A DNA stretch of 64,000 bases from the NCBI GenBank assembly GCA_002269645.1, contig NIVC01001905.1:62001-126000 (forward strand), read 5' to 3'. The first letter of the stretch is position 1. Each line of letters begins with the position of its first letter. Position numbers and translations under genes: made by a program. Below the pieces are notes generated by a model, which did not search any database, had not been told where the DNA came from, and saw only the letters and a list, made by a program, of their open reading frames with translations. Positions 48,791 to 62,266 of this stretch are shown here, piece after piece. Source of the stretch: Macrostomum lignano (Eukaryota).

Positions 48791-49201
48791 CCCCACCAGC
48801 CTATACGAGCGTATTACCCCAGCATTAAGACATATTTTCCAAAGCAACGGTAAACTTTACCCAAGAAAACAAAACTTCTACTTGCACCCTCAGGAGTCCA
48901 AAGACCGCTAAATTCTGCCAACAAAGCGAGTGTGCGTGTATAAACAATAAATCTGTGAGCAAGACTCTACAAATTTAATTTACAACCCCAGCCCCAACAC
49001 ACCCTGCTTGCTTGAATGCGTCAAGTCTTTTAGCATTTGCCCAACACCCGAACTCCGAGGCTCTCGCGCTGCCGGCTTGACAGGAGAGCATATGCGTGCC
49101 GCACCGCGTCCCGCTGGCGCCAGCATTGTTAAGCTGCGGCCGGCCACACAGTTTGACCCTGCCACATTTAATTCTCGGACAACTTTAGGCTGACTGAGAG
49201 T

Positions 49202-50190
49202 TACATCTCCGACACTTCACATCTCCGACACTTCATATCTCCGACACTTCATATCTCCGACACTTCACATCTCCGACACTTCACATCTCCGACACTTCAC
49301 ATCTCCGACACTTTACATCTCCGACACTTTACATCTCCGACACTTTACATCTCCGACACTTCACATCTCCGACACTTTACATCTCCGACACTTCATATCT
49401 CCGACACTTTACATCTCCGACACTTCACATCTCCGACACTTCACATCTCCGACACTTCACATCTCCGACACTTCACATCTCCGACACTTCATATCTCCGA
49501 CACTTCACATCTCCGACACTTTACATCTCCGACACTTTACATCTCCGACACTTTACATCTCCGACACTTCACATCTCCGACACTTTACATCTCCGACACT
49601 TCATATCTCCGACACTTTACATCTCCGACACTTCACATCTCCGACACTTCACATCTCCGACACTTCACATCTCCGACACTTCACATCTCCGACACTTCAT
49701 TTCTCCGACACTTCACATCTCCGACACTTCATATCTCCGACACTTCATATCTCCGACACTTCATATCTCCGACACTTCACATCTCCGACACTTTACATCT
49801 CCGACACTTCACATCTCCGACACTTCACATCTCCGTCACTTCATATCTCCGACACTTCATATCTCCGACACTTCATATCTCCGACACTTCACATCTCCGA
49901 CACTTTACATCTCCGACACTGCACATCTCCGACACTTCACATCTCCGACACTTCACATCTCCGACACTTCATATCTCCGACACTTCACATCTCCGACACT
50001 TCATATCTCCGACACTTCATATCTCCGACACTTCATATATCTGACACTTCATATAGCTGACACTTCATATCTCCGCACTTCATATCTTTGACACTTCACA
50101 TCTCCGACACTTCATATCTCCGACACTTCACATCTCCGACACTTCACATCTCCGACACTTCACATCTCCGACACTTCTTATCTCCGACAC
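49202..50190. repeat. 16-bp minisatellite (CATCTCCGACACTTCA), ~60 units
   Basis: Direct reading. Confidence 0.97.
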
Positions 50191-50635
50191 AATTTTGGTT
50201 TCAACCTAATCGAAGATAAAGTCAGCCTCAATTGGTCGACCGATGAGGGTCTGTGGTTGAGTTGAGAGTTGCTACACTCATTCCATATTTTTGGTTCTGG
50301 AATTCCTTGCTATAGCCGCTGCTGAGGGAGAGAAGGAGAGAGGACGAACAAAACTATTGCAATATACATGTATACAGTCATGCATCATAAATCATGCAAA
50401 ATAGGCTGTACGAGCTATGAATGAGTGTTGTGAGTTTCTCAATTGACCCACAGAGCACACGAAGTGGCCACTCTGAGAGCGGGCAGCGGGGTAAATACGG
50501 TGTGATCCTGATTTTTCTGCAACTTCTACTTCTACTCACCTACAAACATTAGATACGCATAACGTATTTTTCTGTGAAAGTGCTATAAATAAAGTTACGG
50601 CACCGGCATGCACCCACGGCTTGAAACAGAGTATC

Positions 50636-51113
50636 TATGGGAGAATCTCTATGGGAGAGTTTCTATGGGAGAATCTCTATGGGAGAATCTCTGTGGGAGA
50701 ATCTCAGATCTCTGTGGGCATGGGAGAATCTCTGTGGGAGAATCTCTATGTGGGAATCTCTATGGGAGAATCTCTATGGGAGAATCTCTATGGGAGATTC
50801 TATGGGAGTATGTGGGTATATACCAAGGTATCTGGGTAGATACTAAGGTATCTGGGTAGATACTAAGGTATCTGGGTAGATACTAAGGTATCTGGTAGAT
50901 AGTAAGGTATCTGGTAGATACTAAGGTATCTGGGTAGATACTAAGGTATCTGGTAGATACTAAGGTATCTGGTAGATAGTAAGGTATCTGGGTAGATACT
51001 AAGGTATCTGGGTAGATACTAAGGTATCTGGTAGATACTAAGGTATCTGGGTAGATACTAAGGTATCTGGGTAGATACTAAGGTATCTGGTAGATACTAA
51101 GGTATCTGGTAGA
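50636..51113. repeat. Adjacent 14-bp (CTATGGGAGAATCT) and 19/20-bp (GGTATCTGGGTAGATACTAA) minisatellites
   Basis: Direct reading. Confidence 0.93.
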
Positions 51114-52084
51114 TAATATACGCAGCGTCGAGTTTTATTCCTCGGGTGGTGATTGTTGAAAAAATGCATAGATCAGCCCATGCGGCTATTATTTAGCGCC
51201 GAAAAGTGACAAAGCAAAATAAAAATTGAGCAGGCACTTGAGAGCAGAGTATTCAGCCATTACAGTGAGGTGTTTGCTTGAGTTTTTTTCCTTTTCTCAG
51301 AAAGTGTGACGCTGGCAGCTTACAGACCAGACAACTGGCTGGCTACCGGCACTGCATGCAGACACTTGCAGTCCCGCCAAGTCAAGACATGAGGGGGGAG
51401 GGGAGGTGGCGGTGCGGCGCCATCGCATACAGGGAGCCCCACTACAGTATAGCAACAAGAAGAAGCAGCAATTGCCGTGGCTTTTTTCTGCATACGGGGC
51501 ATGTCTGCAACCCCCAACCCCCCAAGGAGGAGAGAAAATGCAGCAGCAGCAGCAGCAGCGCATATCTGCTGTGTGTGGAGACAGATTTCTTTTGCTTAAA
51601 CCGCCGCCAAGACTGGCTGGCGCCAAAATGATTTTTGAGAGTTGAGAGAGAGGGGGGGGTGGGGCATTGTCAGGCTGCTGCTGTCTGTTATATTTTCGTA
51701 TTAAGACGCGTTCGCTTCCAACAAGCGCGAACATTTTTTTGTGCGTTGGATTCGTGACAGAATTCTCGGCGCCAAACGGACTCACCGCAGACCAAAACTG
51801 AACGTTGCAAGCGAATTCGTCTGCTCCTGTGCTTCTGTTCTGCTCTTGTCCCAACTTGCTTCAAGAAGGCTTTTTTAAACTCTCTTTGGCGTCAATTTTT
51901 TTTGACAAAAGACAAACGAGTTTTCTCTCACCATATGCATATATATACACTATTATTTATTGCCTTCTCTAATAGTAAAATGTGAGTCTTGAGCTGGGTG
52001 TCATTTTAGCTCAACTGACCAGGGACTCCTATAGAGTTTGCACCAGTTGGATTGGAAACTAAAAAAATAGTTTTAGAAACTAAT

Positions 52085-53065
52085 TCCAGAATCGAAATGC
52101 CCATTTTAAACACAGGAAACACTCATTCCAGAGTCGAAACGCTCAGTTTAAACACATGAAACACTCATTCCAGAATCGAAATGCCCAGTTTAAACACAGG
52201 AAACACTCATTCCAGAATCGAAATGCCCAGTTTAAACACGGGAAACACTCATTCCAGAATCGAAATGCCCAGTTTAAACACAGGAAACACTCATTCCAGA
52301 ATCGAAATGCCCAGTTTAAACATAGGAAACACTCATTCCAGAATCGAAATGCCCAGTTTAAACACGGGAAACACTCATTCCAGAATCGAAATGCCCAGTT
52401 TAAACACGGGAAACACTCATTCCAGAATCGAAATGCCCAGTTTAAACACGGGAAACACTCATTCCAGAATCGAAATGCCCAGTTTAAACACGGGAAACAC
52501 TCATTCCAGAATCGAAATGCCCAGTTTAAACACGGGAAACACTCATTCCAGAATCGAAATGCCCAGTTTAAACACGGGAAACACTCATTCCAGAATCGAA
52601 ATGCCCGGTTTAAACACGGGAAACAACTCATTCCAGAATCGAAATGCCCAGTTTAAACACGGGAAACAACTCATTCCAGAATCGAAATGCCCAGTTTAAA
52701 CACGGGAAACACTCATTCCAGAATCGAAATGCCCAGTTTAAACACAGGAAACACTCATTCCAGAATCGAAATGCCCAGTTTAAACACGGGAAACAACTCA
52801 TTCCAGAATCGAAATGCCCAGTTTAAACACAGGAAACACTCATTCCAGAATCGAAATGCCCAGTTTAAACACGGGAAACAACTCATTCCAGAATCGAAAC
52901 GCCCAGTTTAAACACGGGAAACACTCATTCCAGTATGGAAACGCCCAGTTTAAACACAGGAAACACTCATTCCAGAATCGAAATGCCCAGTTTAAACACA
53001 GGAAACACTCATTCCAGAATCGAAATGCCCAGTTTAAACATGGGAAACACTCATTCCAGAGTCAA
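52085..53065. repeat. 42-bp minisatellite (CATTCCAGAATCGAAATGCCCAGTTTAAACACGGGAAACACT), ~23 units
   Basis: 14-aa periodicity; occasional 43-bp unit. Confidence 0.97.
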
Positions 53066-53616
53066 ACGCTCATTTAAAACATTTCCAATGGGTTGTTCCA
53101 ATCCAGTTGCTAAAACTTAGACGTCCTTGTCGCATCCCGCCCAGCTCTAACAACAAAAGCGAATTTATAAATGGCGTCTTTATGATAGTGTCAAAGTGTG
53201 GGGGGGCATTGGCGCCAATGTGTCGCAAAACTGGAAGGCGGTAAACGGAGGGCCACCCCTAATCCCCACACCACCCACACCGCCCCTTCTTCCGCTCCAG
53301 TTGGTGGTGCACTGGCGGGCCAAAAAAAACTTGTGGGTCCCCCCTCCTCGGGGCAGGAGGTGTTTGATTCGCTTTGTCGGGGGTGGGGGGCGTTTTTTTA
53401 GACACCTCAGTCAGCCAATGAGCGGCCGGCCTGTTTTCTGGTTGGATAAATTTTCCGTTTTCATAATTTGTCACCCCAATGTTCATTTCGTTTATTTAGA
53501 AATGCTCGATTCTGAATTATCGTCCAAGACCTCTCCTCGAGTTGCACACACACACATGAGCTAAATATCAAAGAATTAAGTTTAAACAAATTTTGATTAT
53601 TTCCGAATACTAGGAA

Positions 53617-56600
53617 ATGCATCCCTGCGAGTTGACAACTCCAAAAACCGGTCAACAGGAATCGATTGCGGGACCGAAAGCTGTTTTGGAGGATTCGAAA
53701 TTGTGGCAACAATTTTACAACTTGGGCACAGAGATGGTTATAACAAAATCGGGAAGGTAAGCGACGGAGAACCAGGATTTGTTTTAAGGGATCGAGGTCA
53801 GGTGACCTTCCTTCGGCTTCGGCTCGACCCCTATGCCCTCTCCTAGATTGAAAGATTTGGAAAATTTAGAAATGGCAATATTTGTTGCAGAACTCTCTGA
53901 CGGCCAGAACAGATAGTGTAGCAAATGTTATAAAATGCTTTACAAAAACACCTGTTCCAACTATAACAAGCGCCATTCTGTCTGACAGAGACAATGTAAT
54001 AACATAATTGTGTAATCTTCCATAACTCTGCGTTTTTATTCTCTAAGCTAATATGGAAACATTGCAGTTGGCCCCCTTCTCTTTCACTCTCTCTGCCTCT
54101 CCCAATTCATTTCTTTTCATTTCAATTTTATATTCTCTCTGTTTCGTTTTACAACAACTCCAGTACAATTATAACAAAACTAACGAGACAAATAAAACAA
54201 GCGAAATTACAGGCGATAAAATATTCTCTCTTCTTAATCCTAGTTCATTTTCTGGTTTGTCTAATATCTATCTGTATTCTGTAGTTTCTGTTGTTGAAGC
54301 AGCCTAGTCCCACTTCTTAGTCTCCTGGCCTGTTGCCTGTTTCTGCGCCTTATAAAAAATGAATTCTCCTAAGCACGCTATCCTGTACCCACGAGAGGCA
54401 TAATTATAGGCCTTCATAAAATTGCCCCTTTTCTTTTGAATTGAAACAGAAATTCTTAGAATTTAGCAACTGTAAAAGTTAGAACACAAGACTGCATGGC
54501 TTATCAACAGTTTAATTGTCAGTAAAAATTTGTCACTTTTCTGCAATGCAAGCAATTATAAAGAAAAAAATATGGTGCCTCTCAAAGTGTTTGTCATAGT
54601 GCCTGTCATAGTGCCTGTCATAGTGTCTGTCATAGTGTGTCATAGTGCCTGTCATAGTGCCTGTCATAGTGTCTGTCATAGTGTGTCATAGTGTCTGTCA
54701 TAGTGCCTGTCATAGTGTCTGTCATAGTGTCTGTCATAGTGCCTCTCAAAGTGTCTGTCATAGTGTCTGTCATAGTGCCTGTCATAGTGTCTGTCATAGT
54801 GTCTGTCATAGTGCCTGTCATAGTGCCTCTCAAATTGTCTGTCATAGTGCCTGTCAAAGTCCCTGTCATAGTGCCTGTCAAAGTGCCTGTCAAAGTCCCT
54901 GTCATCGTGCGACAGACTGCCGTCTCAAGCAAGGGGCATCAGAGAGAATTAAAAATCAATATTCATCTCACGCCCCCCTCACTCCAGGCGGATGTTCCCG
55001 GCTCTGCGCCTCCGACTGTCGGGTCTCCAGCCCAACTCAAACTACGTGTTGGCCGTCGAAGTCACCCCAGCGGACGGCGCCCGCTACAAGTTCCAGTCGG
55101 GTCGGTGGACACCAGCTGGCAAAGCGGATCCGGAACCGCCCAAGCGGCTGTACATTCATCCGGACAGTCCGGCCACCGGACAGCACTGGATGGCAAGGCT
55201 GGTGTCTTTTCACAAGCTGAAGCTGACGAACAACCTGTGCGACAAGCAGGGATACGTGAGTACCTGACGCATTCCTGGGGCTGGAGCTTTCGGGTTCAGT
55301 CACAGAATTCTCAAGGATAACTTTCTCGGAAAGTTTCACTTTTTATAGAGAAGCACGGTTTGTAATTCAAAGAAGCCATTTTCAAAGTTAAAGATGCCAT
55401 TTTCACAGCTAGGATGCCATTTTCACAGCTAGGATGCCATTTTCAAAGTTAAAGATGCCATTTTCAAAGTTAAAGATGCCATTTTCACAGCTAGGATGCC
55501 ATTTTCACAGCTAGGATGTCATTTTCACAGCCAGGATGCCATTTTCACAGCCAGGATGTCATTTTCACAGCTAGGATGTCATTTTCACAGCCAGGATGTC
55601 ATTTTCACACCCAGGATGTCATTTTCACACCCAGGATGTCATTTTCACACCCAGGATGTCATTTTCACACCCAGGATGTCATTTTCACACCCAGGATGTC
55701 ATTTTCACACCCAAGATGCCACTTTCACAGCTAGGATGCCACTTTCACAGCTAGGATGCCACTTTCACAGCTAGGATGCCATTTTCACAGCTAGGATGCC
55801 ATTTTCAAAGTTAAAGATGCCATTTTCACAGCTAGGATGCCATTTTCACAGCTAGGATGTCATTTTCACAGCCAGGATGTCATTTTCACAGCTAGGATGT
55901 CATTTTCACAGCTAGGATGTCATTTTCACAGCCAGGATGTCATTTTCACAGCCAGGATGTCATTTTCACAGCCAGAATGTCATTTTCACAGCCAGGATGT
56001 CATTTTCACAGCCAGGATGTCATTTTCACAGCCAGAATGTCATTTTCACAGCCAGGATGTCATTTTCACAGCCAGGATGTCATTTTCACAGCTAGGATGT
56101 CATTTTCACAGCTAGGATGCCATTTTCACAGCCAGGATGTCATTTTCACAGCTGTCGGTTTTTTTCAACGTCAATTGAGTGAAAAACCTCTCCCCCACCT
56201 CTCCGCAGGCCGTGCTAAACAGTATGCACCGATATGTAATCAACTTCTACATTGCTCAAGCTGACCAGGTCAGTCAGCTAGCTTTCAGTCGCAGCATTGA
56301 CACCTTCCAGTTTGCCGAGACAGCGTTCATCGCGGTAACGGCTTATCAGAATGACAAGGTAAGGCTATAAATCATAATTCATGACTAATTGTCAAGTTGC
56401 GAATGTCTAATTCCATGAGTTTTATTGTGTAGACATTAATTTTTTTCAGATCACCCAGCTGAAGATTGACCACAATCCGTTTGCCAAAGGATTCCGCGAA
56501 GCGGCTGCCGCACTTCGCAAGGACTGCAAAAGGTTGGTCGCAGACTCACCTGCCGATGAACAACTGGATTCAGATTGGTTTCCAACTCGTGGATTCAGAT

Positions 56601-59600
56601 TGGTTTCCAATTCGTGGATTCAGATTGGTTTCCAACTCATCGATTCAGATTGGTTTCCAACTCGTGGATTCAGATTGGTTTCCAGCTCGTGGATTCAGAT
56701 TGGTTTCCAACTCGTGGATTCAGATTGGTTTCCAGCTCGTGGATTCAGATTGGTTTCCAACTCGATTCAGATTGGTTTCCAACTCGATTCAGATTGGTTT
56801 CCAACTCGATTCAGATTGGTTTCCAACTCGATTCAGATTGGTTTCCAACTCGATTCAGATTGGTTTCCAACTCGATTCAGATTGGTTTCCAACTCGATTC
56901 AGATTGGTTTCCAACTCGATTCAGATTGGTTTCCAACTCATCGATTCAGATTGGTTTCCAACTCGATTCAGATTGGTTTCCAACTCGATTCAGATTGGTT
57001 TCCAACTCGATTCAGATTGGTTTCCAACTCGATTCAGATTGGTTTCCAACTCGTGGATTCAGATTGGTTTCCAACTCGTGGATTCAGATTGGTTTCCAAC
57101 TCGTGGATTTAGATTGGTTTCCAACTCGTGGATTCAGATTGGTTTCCAACTCGTGGATTCAGATTGGTTTCCAACTCGTGGATTCAGATTGGTTTCCAAC
57201 TCGTGGATTCAGATTGGTTTCCAACTCGTGGATTTAGATTGGTTTCCAACTCGTGGATTCAGATTGGTTTCCAACTCGATTCAGATTGGTTTCCAACTCG
57301 TGGATTTAGATTGGTTTCCAACTCGTGGATTCAGATTGGTTTCCAACTCGTGGATTTAGATTGGTTTCCAACTCGTGGATTCAGATTGGTTTCCAACTCG
57401 TGGATTCAGATTGGTTTCCAACTCGTGGATTCAGATTGGTTTCCAACTCGTGGATTCAGATTGGTTTCCAACTCGTGGATTCAGATGAAAATTTTTAATA
57501 ATCTTCAATTCAAAGAACATTTGTTTGATTGCAGGAGTCGCTACTCGGCTGCTCGAACAGAATCTTCGGTCCACCTTGGAGGAGATTGCAACAACAACAA
57601 AAATGTGAAAAGCAGAAATTGCAGCAGCACTTGCGGAAGCGTCTTGTCCGATGAGACCTCGTCTTATCGTTGCTCATGCCTCGACGCCAGCTGCAAATCA
57701 GAGGACTTGCAAGGTCAGTCAGTTCAAGTTGTCTTCTCTCTCAGCTTCGTAATCATCAAAACTATAAAACCACAAAAGTCTTTAAAAACTTCTGAGAAAT
57801 TGAAGAGCATATCTATTATTGCCCAGATCATATCAGTCTGTAATATAAGACAATTTCCCACCTCAGACCGTCTGGTAGAAGCAAATCTCCGCATTATGGC
57901 GGATCTAAACTTGGAAGAGCAGGTCTTGCTGGGTAATTGGGGGTTGCGAGGTGAGGGTCGGAGTTCCGGTTTGATTAAGCCTGGGGATTTTCGGAGGCGC
58001 CACCCTGTCGCAACGGGCTTTTGAAGTCGTCAGCGCGGTGCGACTGTCTGCATTTGCGTGAGGGCGCCAACAGATCTGGGTTGTCGGTTGAATAAAGCTT
58101 TCCCAAATCCCCAATTCTCTTTGGCTGGTGCTAAAATATAATACTCCCCATTTATTCTGTCCACCTCTCTCTCTCTCACTCTCAATAATGTCGCGCCCGA
58201 GACCGGCCGGCGCCAGCAGGGACGGAGCTGGTCTGGTTGGGTGCAGGGAGATATTTTTCACGGGTCGGACGAGAACCAAAAAAATCGGGGAAAATGCGCT
58301 CTTTATTGTGGTATTGAAATACAACAGTCAAGGATATGCGCAGCTATTGAAATCCTTCATTGACTCACCCACTCTGCTTGACGGGTGGCAAAAAAACCAA
58401 ACACAGGTGGCCGACTTATTGGCGTCACTGAGGTGACTTTTTCATCGCGATTTTTCACAGAAGGAACCTGCTGGCTTTTCAAATTCAAGCGATTTTCGAT
58501 TAGTCACCTAGGGGTCCTGGGTAGCGGTCCTTGCAACATGGAAGTTACCGTTGCTGTCGGGAGTTAAACAATCGCATTAGATGAACCAAATTTTTTAAGG
58601 GTGGCGCTTCCACAAGATCTAAATTTTATAACGTTTAAATTTAAAATATTTAAGGATCCAATTTCACAAGACCTAATCTCACAAGACCTAAACTTCACGA
58701 GGCTTAAACTGCACAAGACCTAAACTTCTCGAGACCTAAATTGCACAAGACCTAAACTTTACCATGACCTAAACTTTACCATGACCTAAACTTTACCATG
58801 ACCTAGACTTCAAAAGACCTAAACTTCACGAGACCTAAACTTCACAAGACTTAAACTGCACAAGACCTAAACTTCACTTCACAAGACCTAAACTGCACAA
58901 GACCTAAACTTCAAAAGACCTAAACTGCACAAGACCTAAACTTCACGAGACCTAAATTGCACAAGACCTAAACTTTACCATGACCTAAACTTTACCATGA
59001 CCTAAACTTTACCATGACCTAGACTTCAAAAGACCTAAACTGCACAAGACCTAAACTTCACTTCACAAGACCTAAACTGCACAAGACCTAAACTGCACAA
59101 GACCTAAACTTCACGAGACCTAAATTTCACAAGACCTAAACTGCACAAGACCCAAACTTCACGAGACCTAAACTGCACAAGACCTAAACTTCAAGAGACC
59201 TAAATTTCACAAGACCTAAACTTCACAACCTAAACTTCACAAGACCTAAACTGTACAAGTCCTAAACTTCAAATTTTAAATTAGTCTGCTAAAAGTATCA
59301 CAGAAGTGGATTTACTGTGAAAGTATTTTCTGTCAAATGGGGTTTTATCCACTACTTGATCGGATTGGGTCAGGTAGTGTTAACTTTTTCGTGCGGAGAC
59401 CGCAGTGCCTTACGAGCTGTGCTGTGCTTGATGTGCGTGAAATGTGGACAGACCCCTTCCTAGTTATAAACAGCCACGAACTGACGAGCCACACTTCATT
59501 CGGGACAGTTAGTAACTAAGTAAGCGATGAAAAATTATCGTTCATCAATCAGTAAAACACCCAACTCTCATGCCTCATTTTTAACTTTTGCTGACCTTTA

Positions 59601-61003
59601 TTGACCGAGTTAACGGTTTGCACAGGCCATTTCACATTTAACCGTAAAATGGTTTCCCCACTTCAGATTACAGTAAACAAACTTATAAATTGCTCTCCAG
59701 GTAGTCTCTGACTCTCTTGCAGGCAGGTCTTTGTTTGCTGGGCCCTTCAATTTTTCCACGCTGGTCGCTGAAGTTGATTTAGTAGGCTTTCGTCTTTGTT
59801 CCACTCACTGGGTTGCATTTGGGACACAGTGTGGTCTTTGTTGTTGCTAGGGCTTGTTCAGATTAGTGAATCTATGAAAACGCTGTCGTTGATCTTCCTC
59901 TTTCGAAGTTCGACGATAAACTCACTCACGTCACTCACAATGGGCCGTATGCAGAAAGCCTAGTCCAGACTAGCTAGTCCGGACTTGGGTAATTCAGTCT
60001 ATGGTCTATGGTCCAGCTACCCTAGTTCTGTCTATAGTAGACTGGTCTAACTTTGCGCTTCTGCATACCAAATTTAAGTCCAGACTAGCTTTCAAGACCG
60101 GACTACCCTAGACAGAGCTTTCTGCATACGGCCCAATGCCCGTTATTTAGAGAAACAATCAGAATCCCACTTCATTAGACTCTATCTTATCAGTGAGAAT
60201 CTCACCCTTCCTCCAGATAATCTCAATCTTTAGCAGAGAACTTCATCCATAGAATCTCACCCTTTAACTGAGAATCTCATCTATAGAATCTCACCCTTTA
60301 CCTGAGAATCTCATCCGTCGAATCTCACCCTTTACCTTAGAGTCTCATCTGTAGAATCTCACCCTTTACTTGAGAATCTTATCCGTAGCATCTCACACGT
60401 TATCTGAGAATCTCATCCGTAGAATCTCACCCTTTACCTTAGAGTCTCATCCGAAGAATCTCACAGTTAACCTGAGAGTCGCATCCGGCCATAGAATCTC
60501 ACCCTTTCATTAAAACCTAAGAATCGCATCTATAGAATCTCAACCCTACAAATCTCATTTGTGACAATCTCACTCATGCGAAATCCATAGCTGCGAAGAT
60601 GCTTATGAGTTACCTAACTTCAACCCCCCCCAACCCTTCCGCAGACTTCTACTCAACCTTGAAGCGTCCGCAGCCGAACAGGGCGTTGCCGCCGCAGCAG
60701 CCAGCCCGGAGTTCAGCGGCCACCGCGGCTGGAGCGCCACTGTCTGACCTGTGCCGGCAGCAGCATCAGCAAATGTACTTCAGGGATTTGCCAGACCACT
60801 CGGCAACTGCGGCTGCAAACTACTGGAGTCGAATTCAACTCCACGAGGCGATGATGACGTCATCAAGCTTCTATCATCCGTTCAATTACTTTGGCTGGGG
60901 TGCGGCCTCGGCGACGCAAGCGCACCTGTGTCTGACCGCAGGATCAAGTCGGCCAACTACGAAACGGTCGGGTTTCAGTATTGACGAGATCATGTCCAGC
61001 TGA
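53617..61003 (+). CDS. TBX2: T-box transcription factor, Tbx2/3 (omb) class, with a C-terminal eh1-like motif; 410 aa (424 aa if 53502-53540 is an extra first exon)
   Basis: join(53617-53756,54988-55255,56209-56358,56450-56532,57535-57713,60591-61003) = 1233 nt, GT-AG, phases consistent. Motifs [84 protein letters not shown]; ends [13 protein letters not shown]2 versus TBX3 cannot be resolved. Confidence 0.88.
54585..54906. repeat. 12-bp minisatellite (GTCATAGTGCCT), T-box intron
   Basis: Direct reading. Confidence 0.93.
55372..56152. repeat. 20-bp minisatellite (CATTTTCACAGCTAGGATGC), T-box intron
   Basis: Direct reading. Confidence 0.96.
56560..57484. repeat. 22/25-bp minisatellite (GATTCAGATTGGTTTCCAACTC[GTG]), T-box intron
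   Basis: Direct reading. Confidence 0.96.
58668..59272. repeat. ~16-bp minisatellite (CACAAGACCTAAACTT), T-box intron
   Basis: Direct reading. Confidence 0.92.
59942..60134. mobile_element. PIF/Harbinger (Tourist-like) MITE, 193 bp
   Basis: 18-bp perfect TIR GGGCCGTATGCAGAAAGC / GCTTTCTGCATACGGCCC; 3-bp TSD AAT at 59939-59941 and 60135-60137. Confidence 0.88.
60190..60560. repeat. Degenerate ~34-bp repeat (GAGAATCTCATCCGTAGAATCTCACCCTTTACCT)
   Basis: Direct reading. Confidence 0.8.
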
Positions 61004-62266
61004 TTGGACTACATCAGTGGCTCATGGACAACTGAATGAGGAAGTGAATGAAGCTTGCACTGGATACTCCTAGAAATATTTGTCGTGTCGCTAGTAGTGC
61101 ATTTAGTATGGGTTTTGCCTTAAAAACAAATTCGGTTGAGAACACAGATACTAAAATATATAGCTGGATGGGCCACTGAGGCATAGATACTTAGTAAAAC
61201 AGCTTTCTACTTTCAGTTGAGTAGCAAAGAAGAATACATTAAGCTATTTTATAAGAAAAAAGGCGGCTGAAATGACTTTGATAAGTTTAGAAGCCCAAGA
61301 TTGCTGGCGTAAACAGCTTGCTAATTGGTTCAGCAATAATGTACATTTAGTCACTGAAATGTACATGGCAGCTTTAGGCTGGAATTCCGAGTTAAGGCAA
61401 TAAAAATTGGGGCGGGTCGGGGGGGGGGTAGTGTGGAAAGGCGCGGTTGGAGGTTTAAGTGGGGGTAAGAGCCAATAAACGAACCTTGACTTCAAAAATA
61501 CATTAAAATGCTTTAGTTTAACTTACTACTGAACTGAAAGTAGCTTACACGCAAATGTGCTGAGTGGTTGAGAATAATCTTATTACTCCACAGCGTACTA
61601 AGAATTTCTAAGAAAATCTAGTGCAGCTCCCTCTGAAACTAGAGAAAGAACTGTGAAGTCTCATCTAAAAATTCTTTTAAAATCCTAGCGGCCCTTACCT
61701 TGATCTGAGCCTCCCTAAGATCCATAGGGACTCCCTAAGATCAGACGCTGGTGGGATGGCTACCTCTTGAATTGAATTCTGACTTTGTATTGCTAATCCT
61801 TAATTCTTAAAAGCGCTTTGACTCGCACTATCGTATTTTTGTCTCTACCAGGATGTACAAGTACAGCAGGCACTATTAAAAAGGCAGCTCGATGTTAGCG
61901 TAATAAAAACTTCTGCATGTAATGACAAAAATTTACTAAACTGAAGAAAAAAATTGCTGAAGCGTCCCTTTCTCTCCCATCATGCTTGCATGTACACTGT
62001 CTTGCAAATAAGATATCTATTATATATATGTATATTATGTATATATCTGTACACACTGTGCCTTAAGTGTGCATCTGTATTGAAAAGTTTCCATTTCATA
62101 CTTAAATAAACCATCAGTAGTATATACTGCAACTATAATTCCAAGCTTAAGCCTCAGTCAATACACATTAAATGCTTCCAATTGACTGCTTGATGAATGG
62201 CCATTCAAACTAAACTGTTTCCCTTTCTTAAAAAGCTTTTTTTTAGTTGAGCAATGAAATCGAGGC

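Noticed and set aside
51278-51854. Overlapping ORFs with poly-Gln/Cys upstream of the T-box gene
   Set aside because: No domain similarity, only a short CAG run, and no convincing splice link to the T-box exons. Could be 5' UTR or regulatory DNA.
38208-53065. CRISPR-like appearance of the 28-45 bp arrays (32-bp hairpin unit, 42-bp unit containing GTTTAAAC)
   Set aside because: The units are contiguous with no unique spacers, there are no cas genes, and the context is eukaryotic and intronic.
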